The notes beneath the pieces were generated by a model. That model was given only the letters and a program-made list of their open reading frames with translations, did no database searches and was not told where the DNA came from. The translations under genes were made by a program, and so were the position numbers. A DNA stretch of 64,000 nt from Amoebidium appalachense (lineage: Eukaryota; Protista; Ichthyosporea). Shown here piece after piece: positions 63,537 through 64,000 of this stretch (positions are counted from its first letter, which is position 1; the number at the start of each line of letters is the position of its first letter). Where the stretch lies: positions 6,024,830 to 6,088,829 of the forward strand of contig CAVNZM010000008.1 in the NCBI GenBank assembly GCA_963693365.1, given 5' to 3'.

Positions 63537-63892
63537 CTGCATGGGAGGATGTGTCATTCCTAGCATTGCATTGGGCCCTAGCGTGTCATTCTGGAAATTA
63601 AGACCGGGTAGTTATGTTCCGGGTGGACATGATATCAAGAAGTGCAAGAAGTTGTTCTCTCTCAAGAGTTGGTATCTATGCTAAACTGTAACTTGCGGCA
63701 TAATTCAAGTGTTCTAGCCAAAAACCGATTGCCACTGCTGTCACGTGTACGTGGCTCCTCAAAAATCCTATGCTTCACGGCAGTAGGCGGAGGGGAGCCC
63801 TCTGGGGGTGGGGAGGGGGGAGGGGGGGGGGGGGGGGGGGGAGAGAAAGAGATAGAGGGGGGAGAGAGAGAGGAGGGGGGGAGGGGGGAGGG

Positions 63893-64000
63893 TGTTGGAA
63901 TACGTCACCATGTATGACAGCAAGAGCCTTGAAGTATGTATGTGTCCTAGCTTGTTTGTATTCGTGTCTGCTTTCCTCCTTTGTGCTCTCTCTCTCTCTC
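63893..64000 (+). mobile_element. Start of another LTR of the same copia family in opposite orientation (runs off the window)
   Basis: tgttggaatacgtcaccatgtatgacagcaagagccttgaag... is the reverse complement of the LTR end at 62393 and 52029. Confidence 0.95.

Overview
Intron-rich eukaryotic genomic DNA with CTAAC-type branch points and introns full of poly-C/poly-G, (CA)n and (GA)n runs; it looks like an opisthokont protist, but the taxon cannot be determined from this window. Most ORFs in the supplied track are low-complexity artefacts. Four spliced host genes could be reconstructed by eye: NUB1 (minus, runs off the left edge); an intact ~920-aa secreted Agd3/CE18-like polysaccharide deacetylase; a mosaic type-I membrane protein (ZP-like module, beta/gamma-crystallin, F-type lectin, furin site, TM); and a secreted beta-sandwich + EGF-Ca repeat protein. 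The right half is a nest of mobile elements: a CATCAGACCC satellite holding two solo LTRs, a LINE with a 10-bp TSD inside a ~1-kb tandem duplication, and a young Ty1/copia element whose gag is split by a TSD-less split-direct-repeat (Ngaro/PAT-like) tyrosine-recombinase retroelement. Swapped target-site flanks indicate that a 1.5-kb segment carrying a host exon is inverted between two opposed copia LTRs. All family assignments are by motif recognition; no database search was run.
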